A DNA stretch of 64,000 bases from an uncultured archaeon (GTDB lineage Archaea; Aenigmatarchaeota; Aenigmatarchaeia; CG10238-14; SCSR01). Both the position numbers and the translations under genes were made by a program. The notes under the pieces are model-generated. The model was not told where the DNA came from. It saw only the letters and a program-made list of their open reading frames with translations, and did no database searches. This document shows positions 52,253 to 62,230 of this stretch, piece after piece. Within the stretch, counting starts at the first letter, position 1. Every line of letters starts with the position of its first letter. The DNA lies in NCBI GenBank assembly GCA_964537835.1, contig CAZICS010000001.1:54275-118274 (forward strand), written 5' to 3'.

Positions 52253-54262
52253 ATGGAATTGGTTTTAGCTAAGGATTTAAAATCTAAATCCTATATCCTA
52301 ACAGGAAAAAATTCATTCTTCTACCGATTCTGCGATACCGGGTTTAAAAATAAGTGGTGTGGTTTTTGGTTTGACGGAATTAAATTTTTAGACTATTTTG
52401 CTTTTAAACTAAATGATGAGTGGCTTTCCCCAGCTAATTGTAAGAGTTTTGAATATAATGAAATTTCTGCTTCCCATAATTTTTGCTTGGCTGATTTGGA
52501 CGCAAAGGAATTTTTATACTTATCTGAAACCACAGGCTCTTTAATTTGTGTTATTACTGTTAAAAACAATTCCTCAGAAAGAAGAAAAATCGATTTGTTT
52601 TTAGAAATGGGAGTAAACATTAAAGATTGGAATGAAAACTGGCATGAGAGAAGTTATTCAACCAAATGCTTGGAGAATAAGTTTGTCATAAATTCAGAGA
52701 AAGGTTCGATGGCTTTTGGTAGCTTTCCTTTTGGTTGCTTAGACTCTAAAGAAGAATATAAAGAGCATTATCCAGGTGGAGAAAAGCAAAGAATTTTTAT
52801 TCCTGGTATTTACAAGATTAGCTTTTATCTTGGCCCAGAATCGAGTCAAGAGGCTTTTTTCATCTTAGCCCCTGGGGCTAATGAACTTAATGCTTTAAAA
52901 AATTTTGAGAATGAGATAAATTCTTTTTCTTTTAGTTATTTAGAAAAAGAAAAAAAGTTGGCTAAAATTAAGAACATGGCAAGATTCGAATCTAACTTAG
53001 ATTTTCTTGATAAGCTTTTTGAATCTAGTGTAATAAGCTTGGAGAAGCTTGCCTTTAATTCAAGCTTCGGTTTTGGTTATTTTGCAGGCTATCCTTGGTT
53101 TTTACAATTTTGGGGAAGGGATTTAGCCTGGGTTTTACCAGCTATAATAGATTATGGAAATTTTGAGGCCGCAAAAAATGCTTTAAGAACACTTTTTAAA
53201 TTTCAGTCAAAGGACGGACAAATTCCTAATATAATTTTTTTGAATGGTGAAACAAGATATAACTCGGCTGATTCTACCCCTCTTACACTTATCGCTCTTT
53301 ATCATTATGTAATGAATTCAGGGGATGTTCTATTTTTAAACGAAATCGAAAGGAATTTGGAAAAAGTATTTGATTTCTATAGGAGTAAAAAAGATAAGAA
53401 TGGTTTTGTTAATAGTGAAGAAAAAGAAACTTGGATGGATAGCTTAGAGAGGAGAGGAAAAGTTTTAGAGATTCAAGCCTTTTGGATTCATGCTTTAAAA
53501 TGTGGAGCAAAGCTCCTTGAAATTTTGGGAAAAGATCCTAAGAAGATAAAGGAAGAGGCTTTAAAGCTAGAAAAAAATTTTGAAAAAGAATTTTGGAATG
53601 AGAAGGATAAATTTTATTTTGATAGAATTTTGAATGGAAAAAAATTCAAAGAAAAAACTGCGAATGTAATTTTCCCTCTATTCTTTGGGATTTCAAGAAA
53701 TTATGGTGAATCAATTAAAAGAATAGAAAGCGATGAATTCACTTCAAAGTTTGGTATAAGAACTATTTCAAAAAATGAAAATATTTATAATCCTGCAGGC
53801 TATCATACTGGTTCAAGCTGGGCATGGTTAATTGCTTTGTTTGCAGGAATAGAATTTAAATACGGGAATGTTAAGAAAGGACTAAATTATTTGAGAATTT
53901 TATTTAAGAGATTGAATAAAAACTGTATCTCTGCAATAGATGAAGCATGGAACTCAGAAAATGGAAGTTCTATGCTTCTAAAAGGAAATAAGCTGGAGGA
54001 AGGAGCTTGTTTGCAAGCATGGAGCTCTTTAGCTATTAGAGCTATAGATGAGTGCATGCTTGGAATTAAAGTTAATGCTTTGGAAAATAAGCTTATAGTT
54101 TCTCCCTGCTTGCTAGATGGAATGAAAATTAAAAGAAGGAAGAAAATAGGAGATGATTGGGTCAATTTAACCTTTAAAAGGAAGGGAAGAAAAGTTGAAA
54201 TAAAATATGAAAGCGAGCATAAAAAGGAGTATAAACTTATTAGAGCTCCTTTACTCAGTTAG
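52253..54262 (+). CDS. Glycogen debranching enzyme (amylo-alpha-1,6-glucosidase, GDE_C family).
   Basis: GYFAGYPWFLQFWGRDLAWVLPAII contains the hallmark WFGRD-type motif of archaeal and bacterial GDE. The 669-aa size fits. Confidence 0.7.
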   Translation: MELVLAKDLKSKSYILTGKNSFFYRFCDTGFKNKWCGFWFDGIKFLDYFAFKLNDEWLSPANCKSFEYNEISASHNFCLADLDAKEFLYLSETTGSLICVITVKNNSSERRKIDLFLEMGVNIKDWNENWHERSYSTKCLENKFVINSEKGSMAFGSFPFGCLDSKEEYKEHYPGGEKQRIFIPGIYKISFYLGPESSQEAFFILAPGANELNALKNFENEINSFSFSYLEKEKKLAKIKNMARFESNLDFLDKLFESSVISLEKLAFNSSFGFGYFAGYPWFLQFWGRDLAWVLPAIIDYGNFEAAKNALRTLFKFQSKDGQIPNIIFLNGETRYNSADSTPLTLIALYHYVMNSGDVLFLNEIERNLEKVFDFYRSKKDKNGFVNSEEKETWMDSLERRGKVLEIQAFWIHALKCGAKLLEILGKDPKKIKEEALKLEKNFEKEFWNEKDKFYFDRILNGKKFKEKTANVIFPLFFGISRNYGESIKRIESDEFTSKFGIRTISKNENIYNPAGYHTGSSWAWLIALFAGIEFKYGNVKKGLNYLRILFKRLNKNCISAIDEAWNSENGSSMLLKGNKLEEGACLQAWSSLAIRAIDECMLGIKVNALENKLIVSPCLLDGMKIKRRKKIGDDWVNLTFKRKGRKVEIKYESEHKKEYKLIRAPLLS

Positions 54263-54496
54263 TTTATAAAGCAACCCTTTTTTATCTTTGATTATTTCTA
54301 TTTTCCCTTCTCTTCCTAACCATCCTAAGGCTCCAAAGACTTCATTCAGTTTAAGCTTAGCTTGCTTGGCTATTGCGCTTGCCGATAAAGCTCCTTTTTC
54401 CTTTAGAACATGCCAGACTTTTCCTGCGTTTACCCCAAAGATTTCTTCTGGTTTCATACTATCAAATTTATTCTCCTGTAAAATAAATTTTTTCAT
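54251..54496 (-). CDS. Small winged-helix protein (81 aa).
   Basis: VWHVLKEKGALSASAIAKQAKLKLNEVFGALGWLGREGKIEI is wHTH-like. It overlaps the ends of both neighbours, so the call is less certain. Confidence 0.4.
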   Translation of the reverse strand: MKKFILQENKFDSMKPEEIFGVNAGKVWHVLKEKGALSASAIAKQAKLKLNEVFGALGWLGREGKIEIIKDKKGLLYKLTE

Positions 54497-55226
54497 ACTT
54501 TTCTGGATCCTCTAACATATCTTTCAGCTTTTCAGGATTTTTTTCTAGAAGATTCAACGGATTTAATTTCTTTTTGATCTTTTTTATAAGCTTATATTCA
54601 CCTCCCTTATACCTCTCATTTTTTCTAATCTCAAACTTATCTTTCTTTTTGTCATAGAATAAATGAAAAGGGAATCCTTTTCCTTTAACAGCAAGATAGT
54701 TATGCCCAGCTTTTTCTGGAGCAAATGTTATAAAAAGACAATCTTTTTTAAAACTTGTAGTTCTATGTAAAAATCTGGGATGAATATAGACAAAATCACC
54801 TTCTCTAAGTTCAATGATAAAAGTTTCGTAAGTTTTTTTATCGGAAAGTATGAGGAAGCATTTATTCTTTAGAACATAATGTGCTTCCCCTACTTCAGCC
54901 TCATGAGCATGTCCATAGGTTGAAAAAAGTTCACCTTTATTTGAAAGTGAAAATATACCATGGTTAAGAATAGTGACATCTGAAACTATTTTGGTTTTTT
55001 CATAGAGTTTCTTGAATTTTTCTACAGCTTTCCAAAGTTGGTAGAGTTCATAGACGATAAAATCTCCACAAGCTTCAACCATTTTTTTAGCATTTTCTAA
55101 ATCAAGTATAACTCTGTCTTTTATTAATTCAGAAGCATATCTTTTCCAGTTTGGAATTTCTTTCTTGAAATCGAAGAATAAACCATCTTTTATTTGCTTG
55201 AAATCAAATCCAAAGTTTATTTTCAT
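54468..55226 (-). CDS. pgiA: Cupin-type glucose-6-phosphate isomerase (cPGI) with an N-terminal extension.
   Basis: TYGHAHEAEVGEAHYVL parallels TKGHFHAKLDRAEVYVAL, DFVYIHPRFLHRTTS parallels VVYVPPYWAHRTVN, and PEKAGHNY parallels PADAGHDYG of Pyrococcus furiosus cPGI. These are the metal-ligand His/Glu motifs TxGHxH...ExY...H. Confidence 0.8.
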   Translation of the reverse strand: MKINFGFDFKQIKDGLFFDFKKEIPNWKRYASELIKDRVILDLENAKKMVEACGDFIVYELYQLWKAVEKFKKLYEKTKIVSDVTILNHGIFSLSNKGELFSTYGHAHEAEVGEAHYVLKNKCFLILSDKKTYETFIIELREGDFVYIHPRFLHRTTSFKKDCLFITFAPEKAGHNYLAVKGKGFPFHLFYDKKKDKFEIRKNERYKGGEYKLIKKIKKKLNPLNLLEKNPEKLKDMLEDPEKYEKIYFTGE

Positions 55227-55258
55227 ATTTAAATTTTGTTTTTCGGAAAATTAAAAAT

Positions 55259-56533
55259 ATGAAAGCTTTTTATGTTCCTTGGCTTCACATGCACCAGCCA
55301 TTAATCTGGCTTGATAATAAGCTGGTAAGCAACTTGGAAAAAATGCTTTTATCTAAAGATTCAAAAGAGGTTTGGGACGCAAAATTAATGGCAAGAGCTT
55401 ACAAAAATCCTGCTAAGTATGTAAAAAAGCTTAGGGAAGAAGGTTATCAAGCAAAAATTATGCTTGATTATTCTGGAGTTTTGCTTGAAAGTTTGGCTGA
55501 CTTAGCAAAAAGGAAAGTTTTGGATATAGAAGTTGAGGGAGAGAAGGTTGGAGATATAATAAAATTTTTTAAAGAAGTTTTGGAAAAATTTCCAGATTCT
55601 ATAGAGTTTGTTGCAACAGCCTATTCTCATTGCTATTTTCCCGCAACTCCTGAGCAAGATTGGAAGATGCAAATAGAAGAGTGGAAGCAGGTTTTTAAAA
55701 AATTATTTGGGAAGAAAGCTTTGGAGAGAGTAAAAGGATTTTGGCTGCCAGAACTTGGAGTTCCAGGGTTTGAAGATAAGCTCGAGAAATTGATAAAAGT
55801 TTTAAATGAGGAAGAAATAGAATGGCTTTTCCTACCTTTACAAGCTGTTGAGAATTATGAGAAGCTTAGCTATGAGGAACGAATAAGAATAGCTTGCATG
55901 CCTCATTTGCTTAAAATAAAAGATCAATCAATTCCAGTAATTTTTAGAACACCTTCCTATTTCATAGACCAGCAAGCTGGTTGCTTAGCTGGAGAAGTAT
56001 GCAAAAAAGTTAAGGAAGCAATTCAAATCTTTTCAAAATTTAACAAACCTGCTTTGATAGTTCCTGCCAGCGATGGGGAAAACGGGAATGTGATGATGAA
56101 TGAATTCTTTCCTTTAACTTTTGAGCCTTTATTCAAAAATTATGTTGGAAGAGAATTTGGTTCCTTAACAATTTCTGAATTTCTACACGAGTTTTATGAA
56201 AAGAGGGGAGAAATCAGGCCAGAAAGTGAAATCAAGCTTAAGACTCTAGGAGCTTCATGGATAGATGGACATGAACTTTGGCTAAAGGGTTCAAGAAGAT
56301 TAGAGATGGTTAAAAAAGTTTATGAGTTGAGCAAGAGATTTCACGAGCTTGAAAGAAAAATCTTGGAAAAGGTTGGAGAAATAGAAGAATTGAAAGAAGT
56401 TAGAAGGCTTTTACTAATTTCTGAGACTTCATGCTATGTTTATTGGAATATTGAGTTCTGGTTTAAACAAGGAGAAAAAACTATAGAGCTTGCAAACAAA
56501 AAAATTTCTGAATTAGAGAAGAAATATTTATAA
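55259..56533 (+). CDS. GH57-like glycoside hydrolase or transferase (second paralog).
   Basis: WLHMHQP parallels HNHQP, LDYSGVLLE parallels VHFSGPLLEW, FVATAYSHCYFPATPEQD parallels VVAGFYEPVLAAIPKED, and VKGFWLPELGV parallels AKGVWLTERVW (nucleophile Glu). Confidence 0.6.
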   Translation: MKAFYVPWLHMHQPLIWLDNKLVSNLEKMLLSKDSKEVWDAKLMARAYKNPAKYVKKLREEGYQAKIMLDYSGVLLESLADLAKRKVLDIEVEGEKVGDIIKFFKEVLEKFPDSIEFVATAYSHCYFPATPEQDWKMQIEEWKQVFKKLFGKKALERVKGFWLPELGVPGFEDKLEKLIKVLNEEEIEWLFLPLQAVENYEKLSYEERIRIACMPHLLKIKDQSIPVIFRTPSYFIDQQAGCLAGEVCKKVKEAIQIFSKFNKPALIVPASDGENGNVMMNEFFPLTFEPLFKNYVGREFGSLTISEFLHEFYEKRGEIRPESEIKLKTLGASWIDGHELWLKGSRRLEMVKKVYELSKRFHELERKILEKVGEIEELKEVRRLLLISETSCYVYWNIEFWFKQGEKTIELANKKISELEKKYL

Positions 56534-56568
56534 GAAAAATCAAAATTAATTTTTAATTAGGTTTTAGA

Positions 56569-57741
56569 ATGAGGATAGCTTTATTTTCTTGGGAATCCTT
56601 GCATTCTTTGCCTGTTGGTGGGTTAGCTGTTCATGTAACTGAGCTGGCTGCTGCTTTAGAAAGAAAAGGAAATGAGGTTCATGTTTTTACGAGGATTGGG
56701 CCAAACCAAAAGATCTATGAGGTTATAGATGGCGTGCATTATCATCGCTGTCCTTTTGCTTTTAATTCCAACTTCATCTATGAAATGACCAATAACATGT
56801 GTAAATCAATGGCCCATTTCTTTTTTGAAACTGAAAATGTAGCAGGTCATTTTGATATAATTCATGGTCATGATTGGCATGTTGTGAATGCTTTGGATGA
56901 AATAAAAAGAGCGAGGAATAAAAAAGTGATTTTTACTTTACATTCAACCCAGTACGGAAGAGATGGTAATCATTTTCATGATGGAGCAGCTCAAGATATA
57001 AGAAATATAGAATGGTTCGGGACTTATGTAGCTGATAGGGTTATAGTTTGTTCTAATGCGATGAAAAATGAGGTTATGCGAATCTATAGAGTTCCTGATT
57101 GGAAGATGAGAGTCATACCAAATGGAGTTTGGGCAAGGAATTTTGATGGATTTATTGATGCATGGAAAGATGTAAAACAATACTTTGGATTTGCTCCTCT
57201 TGATCCGATGATAGTTTATGTAGGTAGGATGACCGTTCAAAAAGGACCTGATTTATTGATAGAGGCTATTCCAGATGTTCTAAAAGATTTTCCTAATGCA
57301 AAATTTGTTTTTGTGGGCGATGGCTACATGAAACCACAGCTTGAGAAAAGGGTAGGCGAGCTAAATTTATGGCATGCAGTTAGATTTACTGGTTATATCC
57401 CAAATGACTGGAAAACCAAGATTATGAAGGCAGCTGAATGCATAGTTGTACCTAGCAGGAATGAGCCATTTGGAATAGTTGTTTTAGAAGGTTGGAGCTG
57501 CTATAAGCCTGTAATAGCAACTCATGGAACAGGAGCTGGCGAACTAATTTGGCACGATGTGACTGGCTTGAGAGTTTATCAAGCTCCTAATTCTATAGCC
57601 TGGGGCATAAAAGAAATTTTGAGAAATCCGGAGAAAGCAAAATGGATGGGAAAGAATGGAAGGAATGCTGCAGAAAAAGTTTTCAACTGGGATAGGATAG
57701 CCGAACAAACTTTGAAAGTTTATGAGGAAGTTTTGGGTTAA
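56569..57741 (+). CDS. glgA: Archaeal glycogen synthase (GT-B glycosyltransferase).
   Basis: MRIALFSWESLHSLPVGGLAVHVTELAAALERKGNEVHVFTR parallels the Pyrococcus GS MKVLLLGFEFLPVKVGGLAEALTAISEALASLGHEVLVFTP. C-terminal VVPSRNEPFGIVVLEG matches IIPSYFEPFGLVALEA. Confidence 0.8.
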   Translation: MRIALFSWESLHSLPVGGLAVHVTELAAALERKGNEVHVFTRIGPNQKIYEVIDGVHYHRCPFAFNSNFIYEMTNNMCKSMAHFFFETENVAGHFDIIHGHDWHVVNALDEIKRARNKKVIFTLHSTQYGRDGNHFHDGAAQDIRNIEWFGTYVADRVIVCSNAMKNEVMRIYRVPDWKMRVIPNGVWARNFDGFIDAWKDVKQYFGFAPLDPMIVYVGRMTVQKGPDLLIEAIPDVLKDFPNAKFVFVGDGYMKPQLEKRVGELNLWHAVRFTGYIPNDWKTKIMKAAECIVVPSRNEPFGIVVLEGWSCYKPVIATHGTGAGELIWHDVTGLRVYQAPNSIAWGIKEILRNPEKAKWMGKNGRNAAEKVFNWDRIAEQTLKVYEEVLG

Positions 57742-57773
57742 ATTTATAAGCTACCTTTTCTTAAAAATAGAGC

Positions 57774-57995
57774 ATGAAATGCTGGTTTTGTGAGAAGGAG
57801 GCAAGAGGAATTTGTATAGTTTGCGGAAGAGCGGTTTGTCATGAACATGGCTATAAGCTTGACCAATTCACTCATGCAAAAAGTGATACAAGCACAGGTT
57901 TTGCAAGCTACTTCAAAGCTTTTAATGTTCTAAAGTGTAAAGAGTGTAAGATAGAGTGGGAAACTTGGGAGCAAGGGAAGCGAATAGTTAAATAG
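57774..57995 (+). CDS. Zinc-ribbon protein (CxxC ... CxxC x2).
   Basis: 73 aa carrying CWFC...CIVCGRAVCHEH...CKECK. Confidence 0.5.
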   Translation: MKCWFCEKEARGICIVCGRAVCHEHGYKLDQFTHAKSDTSTGFASYFKAFNVLKCKECKIEWETWEQGKRIVK

Positions 57996-58653
57996 CTTTG
58001 GCCTTGATTACCAAGTAGTGAGGATAATAGTTTTCCTCTAAGCTAGAAGAACCTAGTTCCTTAATCTCTTCAATCTTAAATTCTTGAGAAATTATAGTAT
58101 TCAGATAATCTTCTAAGGTCCAGTGGTAGTTAAAATATCTAATATTTCCGTTTATTTTCAGAAACTTGCCTCTCTTGAAGTAATTTTTTGTATGTCTCAC
58201 CATTCTCTCTATAGGATGAGGGACTACTACTAAAAGTTCTCCATCTTTCTTTAAAATTCTTCTGAATTCTTTTAAAACAGCTTTCAAGTTTTTCTTATAC
58301 ATAAGAGAAAAAACCGAAAGGACTAGGTCAAAACTTTCCCTTTCGAATCCTGTCCTTTCCATATCTCTGAGGAAAAATTTTACTCCTAGATTTTTACATC
58401 TCTTTCTAGCTAATTTAATCATAAATTCGCTGACATCTATTCCAACAACTTTTGCGCCTCTCTTTGCTAGCAATTCACATTCTTTTCCCGTGCCACAGCC
58501 AGCATCCAAAATTTTCTTTTCTCTCGAATCATTAATCACAGAAATGATTATTTGTGAAATCTTTTTTCTGTCAGGATTTTTCTCTTCTTTCTTAACAAAA
58601 AATTTTCCATAGGTATTGTAAATTTTTCTCGCTTCTTTTGCATCTTCATCCAT
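57988..58653 (-). CDS. Class I SAM-dependent methyltransferase.
   Basis: Motif I ILDAGCGTGKECELLAKRGAKVVGIDVSEFMI (GxGxG) and motif II-like DLVLSVFSLMY. Confidence 0.75.
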   Translation of the reverse strand: MDEDAKEARKIYNTYGKFFVKKEEKNPDRKKISQIIISVINDSREKKILDAGCGTGKECELLAKRGAKVVGIDVSEFMIKLARKRCKNLGVKFFLRDMERTGFERESFDLVLSVFSLMYKKNLKAVLKEFRRILKKDGELLVVVPHPIERMVRHTKNYFKRGKFLKINGNIRYFNYHWTLEDYLNTIISQEFKIEEIKELGSSSLEENYYPHYLVIKAKAI

Positions 58654-58750
58654 AAGTCTTAAATTGATTTTTGGTGTTTTAAGCTCATTTTACCACCGAA
58701 GGGGTTAAAAATTAAAAATTTTCGCGCATCAAATAATTAATCGTGAGCCG

Positions 58751-59560
58751 ATGAATAGAGAAGAGATAGAAGAAATGTTAAAGAATTTTGGCTTGAGTGA
58801 GTATGAAGCAAAAGCTTACTATGCCCTTTTACTGCTTGGACATTCAAAAGCTAGCGAAATATGCAAGCTTGCAAGAATTCCTCAATCAAAGATTTATGAA
58901 GTTTTGGATAGGTTAGCTGAAAAAAATTTGGTTGAAGTTTATGAAGTAAGGCCAAAAGAGTTTAAACCAATTTCCCCTCAAGTTGTATTGAGAAATTTTT
59001 TAGAAGCTCAAGAAAGAAAGATTAAGGAAATGAAGGAGAAAATCGAGGAGCTTGTCACTTCTTTAAACTCGAGAGGAACTAAAGTTTTCGAGGGAATTTG
59101 GGCTTCTAGGGAAAGAGGATGGAAGGTTTTCATGAATAAGGCTACTGAAATGTTCGAGCATGCTGAGAACTATGTTTTTGTTATGAGTAAGTACTTTTCT
59201 TGGTCTTCAAGGCTAGCAAAAGCAGTGAAAGCTTGCATTAAAAGAGGAGTTGAAATTAAAACCATAGCTTCCAAAGGTATAGACGAGACAAATTACTATA
59301 GAGCTAAGTGGTACCATGACAATGGAGTTAAGATAAGAGTTTTAAGATCTGGCAAATACCCTAGCTTAATAGACGTAGATGGAAAAGAGGTTTTGCTAAG
59401 GCTGGATAAAAATTCTAGTAGAAGAAACCCAGTTTTTACTTCAATCTGGTCGAAGGATGAAGGTTTTACCAGGATAATCGATACTTTTGTTAAGCACATA
59501 TGGAGGAATTCGAGGCCAGTCGATTTCGAGAAGTTGAAGAAGTTAGTCGAGAAAGCTTAA
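58751..59560 (+). CDS. trmB: TrmB-family sugar-responsive transcriptional regulator.
   Basis: N-terminus LKNFGLSEYEAKAYYALLLLGHSKASEICKLARIPQSKIYEVLDRLAEKNLVEV parallels TrmB LSEIGFTKYEILTYWTLLVYGPSTAKEISTKSGIPYNRVYDTISSLKLRGFV. The 269-aa size includes a C-terminal sensor domain. Confidence 0.75.
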   Translation: MNREEIEEMLKNFGLSEYEAKAYYALLLLGHSKASEICKLARIPQSKIYEVLDRLAEKNLVEVYEVRPKEFKPISPQVVLRNFLEAQERKIKEMKEKIEELVTSLNSRGTKVFEGIWASRERGWKVFMNKATEMFEHAENYVFVMSKYFSWSSRLAKAVKACIKRGVEIKTIASKGIDETNYYRAKWYHDNGVKIRVLRSGKYPSLIDVDGKEVLLRLDKNSSRRNPVFTSIWSKDEGFTRIIDTFVKHIWRNSRPVDFEKLKKLVEKA

Positions 59561-59590
59561 AAGTTTAAGAACTTATTATTAGGTTTATGT

Positions 59591-61192
59591 TCAGCTAGAA
59601 AGATACCTATCTAAGAATTTTGTAAAAGCGTAAATGCTAAGGGTACCAGCTGCCAACCAAATAACATTCCTTAGCGTTTTATCATTTTCGATTCTAATGA
59701 AATTTCTCAGCCTATAGTTTCTTGAGTTGAATGAACGATTTTCTAATCTTCTAATTTGATTTAACTGATTCCTATATTCCTTTAAAAGTCTATCTATCTC
59801 ATTCAACCTTTTCCTATAATTTTGAATGTTTTGATTAATCTCATCCACCATAGCTTGCAATCTCCTTTCTCGGGCTACTTGCGGAGAAACTTCCTCTAAT
59901 CTTTTCTTCTTAACAAATCGCTTCGGAGGAATAGTTATCCCTCTTCTTAAGTAATTGTTCCTCAAAAAATCAAGATACCACTTAATTCCTTTTGGCTTAT
60001 GAAGGTCGACTTGCTGAGCAACATAAAGGTAAGCTAAGGGATAAACTTGAAATTCTGGTAAATAATAAGGAGCAGAAAGTTTTTCTCCTGTGTAAAAGCC
60101 AATCCCTCTTTCCAAATACTCTAATTTCCTTAGCTTAGCCCCGAACTTAACCAAACTCTTAAGAGAATTCTCTAGGCCAGCGAATTCTTTTGGAACATTT
60201 TCTATGCAAGCGTTTTCTATCGAAAGGTAAGAGGCTATTCCTTCTTCCAAAATCTTGAAGGGCAACGATTTAGAAATATAGCTAAAGCATGATTCATAAA
60301 GTTTGCTCAACGGAATTTTCGAAATGTCTGAAATTTCTATTCCATGCCTTCTAACGATTTCCCAAAAAACAAAAGGATTCGTTAGATCTTTCCCTCTTAC
60401 GTCAATTCCTTTTTGCTCAAGTTTTTCCCTCAATTTTTTATCTATTGAACCAAAGAGAATTCCCCTATCTCGAAAAATCCTGAAAATCGGTAAGTCTTTG
60501 AACGATTCGTCAAAAGCTTTGGAAACAGCTAGGGAAAAAGCATCCGAGTTGTACAAGTTTGAAACGTGGTGAAGAATTTCATGAGTAGGTGTGGTTATTC
60601 CGCTAGAAAGAGACCTAAAAACCGAGGGCTTAAGCCCGATTTCCACTTTCAATTTATTCTCCAAATAATACTCGTCTAAAACTTTTCCTGCGTTCTTTTC
60701 TATCCCAGAAATCCAAGGAGTAAGCTTGTATCCCACTTTACCTTTTCCTATCGGAGACAAATCGAGCTCCAATTCTTTTTCTTCCTCGTTCCTCAAATAG
60801 CTCTTAATCCCCATTTTTCTAAGGCTAGAAGAAATTATAGAATAAATTAGTTCGCTTTCAAAAGGCTGGTCAACAAATTCTCCGAATAGCATTTCGGCAA
60901 AAGTATTGGAAAGGTTTTGAAGCTTGTACCTGAATTTAAAGTAAGCATCTTTCTCTCCTTCTTCCAAATCTTTTTTACGCTCTAGGAGCCAGTTTAAATC
61001 GTTCAAAGTCCCTTCTTGACCTGAGCTAAAAAGAAACTCAGGATGGAGCTCATCCTTAAGCTCATACAAGCTTTCTACCAATTCCTTTTTTGTTTCCCTC
61101 AACTCTATTTCATAGAGGTTTGGTAAAACTTTAAACTCCTCCTTATCTTTTCTTGGAATGAACTTTAAGATTTCTTTAAAAAGTTCAGGCAT
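59591..61192 (-). CDS. Hypothetical 533-aa protein with a C-terminal hydrophobic helix and an Arg/Asn/Gln-rich coiled-coil tail; last gene of the Mrr-AAA operon.
   Basis: Long ORF on the same strand that overlaps the upstream gene by 8 nt (translational coupling). No recognised motif. Confidence 0.55.
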   Translation of the reverse strand: MPELFKEILKFIPRKDKEEFKVLPNLYEIELRETKKELVESLYELKDELHPEFLFSSGQEGTLNDLNWLLERKKDLEEGEKDAYFKFRYKLQNLSNTFAEMLFGEFVDQPFESELIYSIISSSLRKMGIKSYLRNEEEKELELDLSPIGKGKVGYKLTPWISGIEKNAGKVLDEYYLENKLKVEIGLKPSVFRSLSSGITTPTHEILHHVSNLYNSDAFSLAVSKAFDESFKDLPIFRIFRDRGILFGSIDKKLREKLEQKGIDVRGKDLTNPFVFWEIVRRHGIEISDISKIPLSKLYESCFSYISKSLPFKILEEGIASYLSIENACIENVPKEFAGLENSLKSLVKFGAKLRKLEYLERGIGFYTGEKLSAPYYLPEFQVYPLAYLYVAQQVDLHKPKGIKWYLDFLRNNYLRRGITIPPKRFVKKKRLEEVSPQVARERRLQAMVDEINQNIQNYRKRLNEIDRLLKEYRNQLNQIRRLENRSFNSRNYRLRNFIRIENDKTLRNVIWLAAGTLSIYAFTKFLDRYLSS

Positions 61193-61751
61193 AGACTACC
61201 ACTTTCTTCTTCTTTCTCTTCTTTTTCTTGATCAACGGTTTTTCCAGCTTTTTCTCTTTCTTCGGCAAGTAAGACTTGAGTTTCTTGAGCATAGGTTCTC
61301 TTAAAGGTTGAGGAAGCGTTTCAAGTATATCTTTAAGCAAATAGAGTAATTTCTCGAAATCCGTCGATTTCATGCTTTCTTCCAAAAGTTTTTTGAGTTC
61401 TTCCGAGCTTTCATAAGCTAGAGAAAAGATTAACCTATCGATCGGGCTTATTCTACCGACTGCATAGCCTCTTATCTCTGGATAATTGGATAGAAGATTA
61501 AGCAAGGTAGCTTTTTCAACAGCATTTAGCTTGTTTATTCTTTCCAATTCTTCTTTAAGAATAGAAAGGTCTAGAGCTCCCTTGTAAAGCAATTCATTCC
61601 TAAGATAGATTGAAACTTCTTTTTTAAGCTTATCTAAATAAAGTGATAAAGGGTTCATGCAAGAGTAAGGAGAGAGCATGAAATATATGCCGCTATCGTC
61701 TATCCTTTTTCTTAAAGTATAGTATTCAGAATCAGAAACTTTTAGTTTCAT
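61185..61751 (-). CDS. Hypothetical 188-aa protein with a poly-Lys C-terminus (KKKKRKKKKVVVYA).
   Basis: ORF within the operon that overlaps the downstream gene by 8 nt. Confidence 0.5.
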   Translation of the reverse strand: MKLKVSDSEYYTLRKRIDDSGIYFMLSPYSCMNPLSLYLDKLKKEVSIYLRNELLYKGALDLSILKEELERINKLNAVEKATLLNLLSNYPEIRGYAVGRISPIDRLIFSLAYESSEELKKLLEESMKSTDFEKLLYLLKDILETLPQPLREPMLKKLKSYLPKKEKKLEKPLIKKKKRKKKKVVVYA

Positions 61752-61814
61752 GTTTGATTATGGAAAGAATTTTTTATAAATCAGTTTAGGACAACCAAGG
61801 TAGTGAGTAATTAA

Positions 61815-62213
61815 TTACTTGCTTTTCTTTCTCTTATGATACCTAATCAGGGTTTTTGCCAAATAATCACAAAAATCGACTAGGAAAAATATACTCGAAG
61901 ATATCTTGATCGTTCGCATAAGCGAGGAGTTTTCAGAATCTTCGATTTCTCTAACCAAATCTTCTAAATGATTTATCTTCCCTTTAATACTAGGAGCTTC
62001 TGACTTATCCAGTGTCATTATACTTTTTGCAATTTGCTTAAATTCTTTTAGATATTTTTTCTTTCCGCTTTTCCATTCTGTATAGGATACGGAAAAGTAT
62101 TCAGCATCATCTAATTTGCTAGAATAATATTCACGAATTTCCCATAGTTTTTTCAATAAACCGACAGAGTTTGCATTTTTCATCTTTTTGGAAGGATAGA
62201 TGTATGCTACCAT
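61815..62213 (-). CDS. Hypothetical 132-aa protein.
   Basis: ORF 17 nt downstream of the Mrr-AAA gene on the same strand. Confidence 0.45.
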   Translation of the reverse strand: MVAYIYPSKKMKNANSVGLLKKLWEIREYYSSKLDDAEYFSVSYTEWKSGKKKYLKEFKQIAKSIMTLDKSEAPSIKGKINHLEDLVREIEDSENSSLMRTIKISSSIFFLVDFCDYLAKTLIRYHKRKKSK

Positions 62214-62230
62214 GGTTCAAAATAAAATCT

